NCBI GenBank assembly: GCA_002633005.1
Contig: NMRA01000004.1
Coordinates: forward strand, 315,846 to 379,845
DNA: 64,000 nt
Direction of reading: 5' to 3'
DNA from: Phoronis australis
Taxonomy: Eukaryota > Animalia > Phoronida
Shown: piece by piece, positions 61,683 to 64,000 of the stretch
How the letters are laid out: the number at the start of each line of letters is the position of its first letter
Numbering within the stretch: the first letter of the stretch is position 1
Notes under the pieces: generated by a model
Databases searched by the model: none
The model's input: the letters and a program-made list of their open reading frames with translations, nothing else
What the model was told of the DNA's origin: nothing
Translations under genes and position numbers: made by a program

Positions 61683-64000
61683 GGTGGTGTGTTGATGCAC
61701 AGACTGAAAATGGAAGGATGTGTCATTCAGTTGTGAATAGCTGGGCCTGCACTAATTAAGAATGGCCATTGTTCTCAAAGAGTATATGACACAAATCTCC
61801 AAGGAGAGGGGTTGGTATAAATTCAGAGTCCAAACCAAAATAATGCCCAGACTCTCTGAATCCTCTCTAGTCCTGTTCTTGTCTGTGGGGTACTTCGCAA
61901 TTTATAGACAATTTTTCTTTCTTGTATCGTTGACTGGCCAAAGTTAAAGCTCAATTACCGGGTCCTGTGTCACTAAAGGCCTTAAAAACCCGTGTGTTTG
62001 CAACTTTGATTTGCACCTGTGGCAACTAATCAGTTGCGCTTTTTATGGGATTTAAAACAGGTATAAGACTATCAGTTTAGATAAGTCACGTTAAAAGGTC
62101 CTAAAGTTACTGGGCCCTGCACTAAAGATCCGCAACATAAGGCAAATCTTATGCTGGTAGGATTTGCATGCAAGTGGATGAGAAAACTTCTGCTTGCAAG
62201 TGGATGAGAAAGCGTGCACTGATCACCCCAGAGTATTCAGCAAATTCCTCGGCACATCAAAGGCTTGATGGCACATCACTTCTTGAAGTGAGCAAGTCAC
62301 TATTCATGGTCTTGGCTAAATGTGTATTTGTGGAGATAATTGCAGTGGTAACAAACACACTTACCCAGCATACTAGTTTCCAAGGCAAAAGATGAACAAT
62401 AAGTAAGACAAACGACCAATATGATTGTTTTTAAAATTGAAAAGTGAATATTGGCCATCTTCAAATTTTTAAAATTGATATATAAAAGAAATTAGTGTAT
62501 AGAAATTCTTCAGCAGTGCATCTAATCCACGCGCGTTAATTTATGAATCAATTAGGATGGGTTTGTCACAGTCTGCATAGGCTTTGGAGTAACAAAACCC
62601 CAAATGTTAGTGTAGGAGTTGCCTCATGGGAACTAATACAATTACCAAGAAGAAAAACTGAGCAGCCATATATCTAATAGAGCCACTTAGGTTCATTTGA
62701 AGAACAATGAAAAACCTCATTCTAGTTCATTCAATTCAAAATCTTTTAGCTCACTAAGAAGAATTTTTGTTGACGTATATTTTGGGCAGAAAATTTTGAT
62801 CCCCAATTAAAATACTCAGACTCCATATGTGTGTGTCTCTACAGAGGTAGCAGGTAATTCAGACCTGCACATTTTGTGTCAAATATTCCAGTGCTTTTTT
62901 AGCTTGTATTATCAAAGGGATGTTGTATATTTATTCATGATAAAGGTAATTAATTGATGTCAAACTGTTTGTTCAGCTGATTTGCTTTCACCAGCCACCC
63001 CATGGGAACAGAAGCTCCATAGTGACACTGAGATTGTATGGCATGGTATCTATCAATAAGAAGGTCTTAATGTTCTGAAAATCCACAAAAATTGAGTAAA
63101 TGATATCATACTAAAGGCAACGCAAAACAGCAAATAAAACAGCATAGGTCCACCAACATACACGGTCAAACAAATCTGTGTTTACTAGTGATGTTGTTCC
63201 TTTCACAAAGAATGATCGACAAACAGAATAAAAGCTCATCTGTCAACAGTGAAAATATCTCCACACTTTATTTTTGACTGTCGAGTTCATTGGCTAAATT
63301 TAAGGCAGTGAAAAAATGGCACAGACTTCTGTAACCAATTGTGGAATTTCAGTGCTGTATCAGGGACAAAATGCATTTTTATTAAAAGCATGGTCATGTG
63401 ACAGCAGTTATAATGGCAGTGATCCAGAGTTTTCAACAGTAAATTGTCATAGATTAAAAATTAGTATTCGAAAAGAAGTTTGAGGAAAAGTGACTGTTGC
63501 AAGGAAGGAGGAAAGACCACATAAAAAAGAGAAATAAATTTGAAAATTAATCAAATAAACCTAATCAAATCCTAATGTATTGTGGGTCCAACTAATGTGC
63601 ATTCTGTTTGCCTGGCATTTGAACAATGCATAATTTAGTGTTCACATCCCTTCCGATCTGCCTTCTGAGCAGATGGCTGATCCACCATCTCAAAAAGTTA
63701 ACATTTAAGAGTTTGTCGAACATCTCATCTTCTTTCTTATCGTACAATCCCAAATCAGACAGTACAGATCAACCTTTTCATGGGAAGCCTCTGTACATTC
63801 CTGTGATATGAGCTGTGGCTAGGTTCCACCCCGTCATGGTGATAACAAATGATTGACTGTCACTAATGAAAAGAATCCTATTAGTTGACACCCTAACTGG
63901 CAGAGTTGTCCAAAGTGGACCACAGAATCTGCCGGTTGAGATGAAAGACACCATGCTGCTGTGGTTCATTAAATCACCTCAGCCTGCTGATGTTATTGTT

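Noticed and set aside
1-64000. Prokaryotic-type systems (operons, defence islands, rRNA)
   Set aside because: All recognisable genes are spliced with GT-AG introns amid animal transposons; no bacterial-style gene-dense segment or rRNA was seen.

Overview
This is eukaryotic, intron-rich animal genomic DNA. Gene content and repeat types suggest a marine invertebrate, probably a lophotrochozoan (inference only). I assembled four spliced coding units by hand from GT-AG boundaries and reading phase. (1) An SLC5A7/CHT1-like high-affinity choline transporter, copy A (+, 4467-14541, 7 coding exons, 540 aa). (2) A small secreted 10-cysteine Ly6/uPAR (three-finger) protein (+, from 18212). (3) A squid-DFPase-like (SMP-30/gluconolactonase family) six-bladed propeller (+, 25474-29727). 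It has no start codon of its own in the visible exons, and the catalytic Asp229 position is Asn. (4) A second CHT1-like paralog, copy B (-, 61682-40603, 8 coding exons, 603 aa), convergent with A. The last Ly6 exon and the first DFPase exon are phase-compatible, so (2) and (3) may be one gene encoding a signal peptide + Ly6 + DFPase-propeller protein of 413 aa. The rest is repeats: a decayed Gypsy-type pol, LINE fragments, a THAP-bearing TTAA-flanked DNA transposon remnant, three Helentron-like (HINE) elements with arrays of CTCF-like motifs, many MITEs, a tRNA-derived SINE, Penelope-like ends with a degenerate hammerhead motif, mini/microsatellites and a 392-nt N gap. CpG density drops sharply near 37.3 kb and stays low across paralog B.
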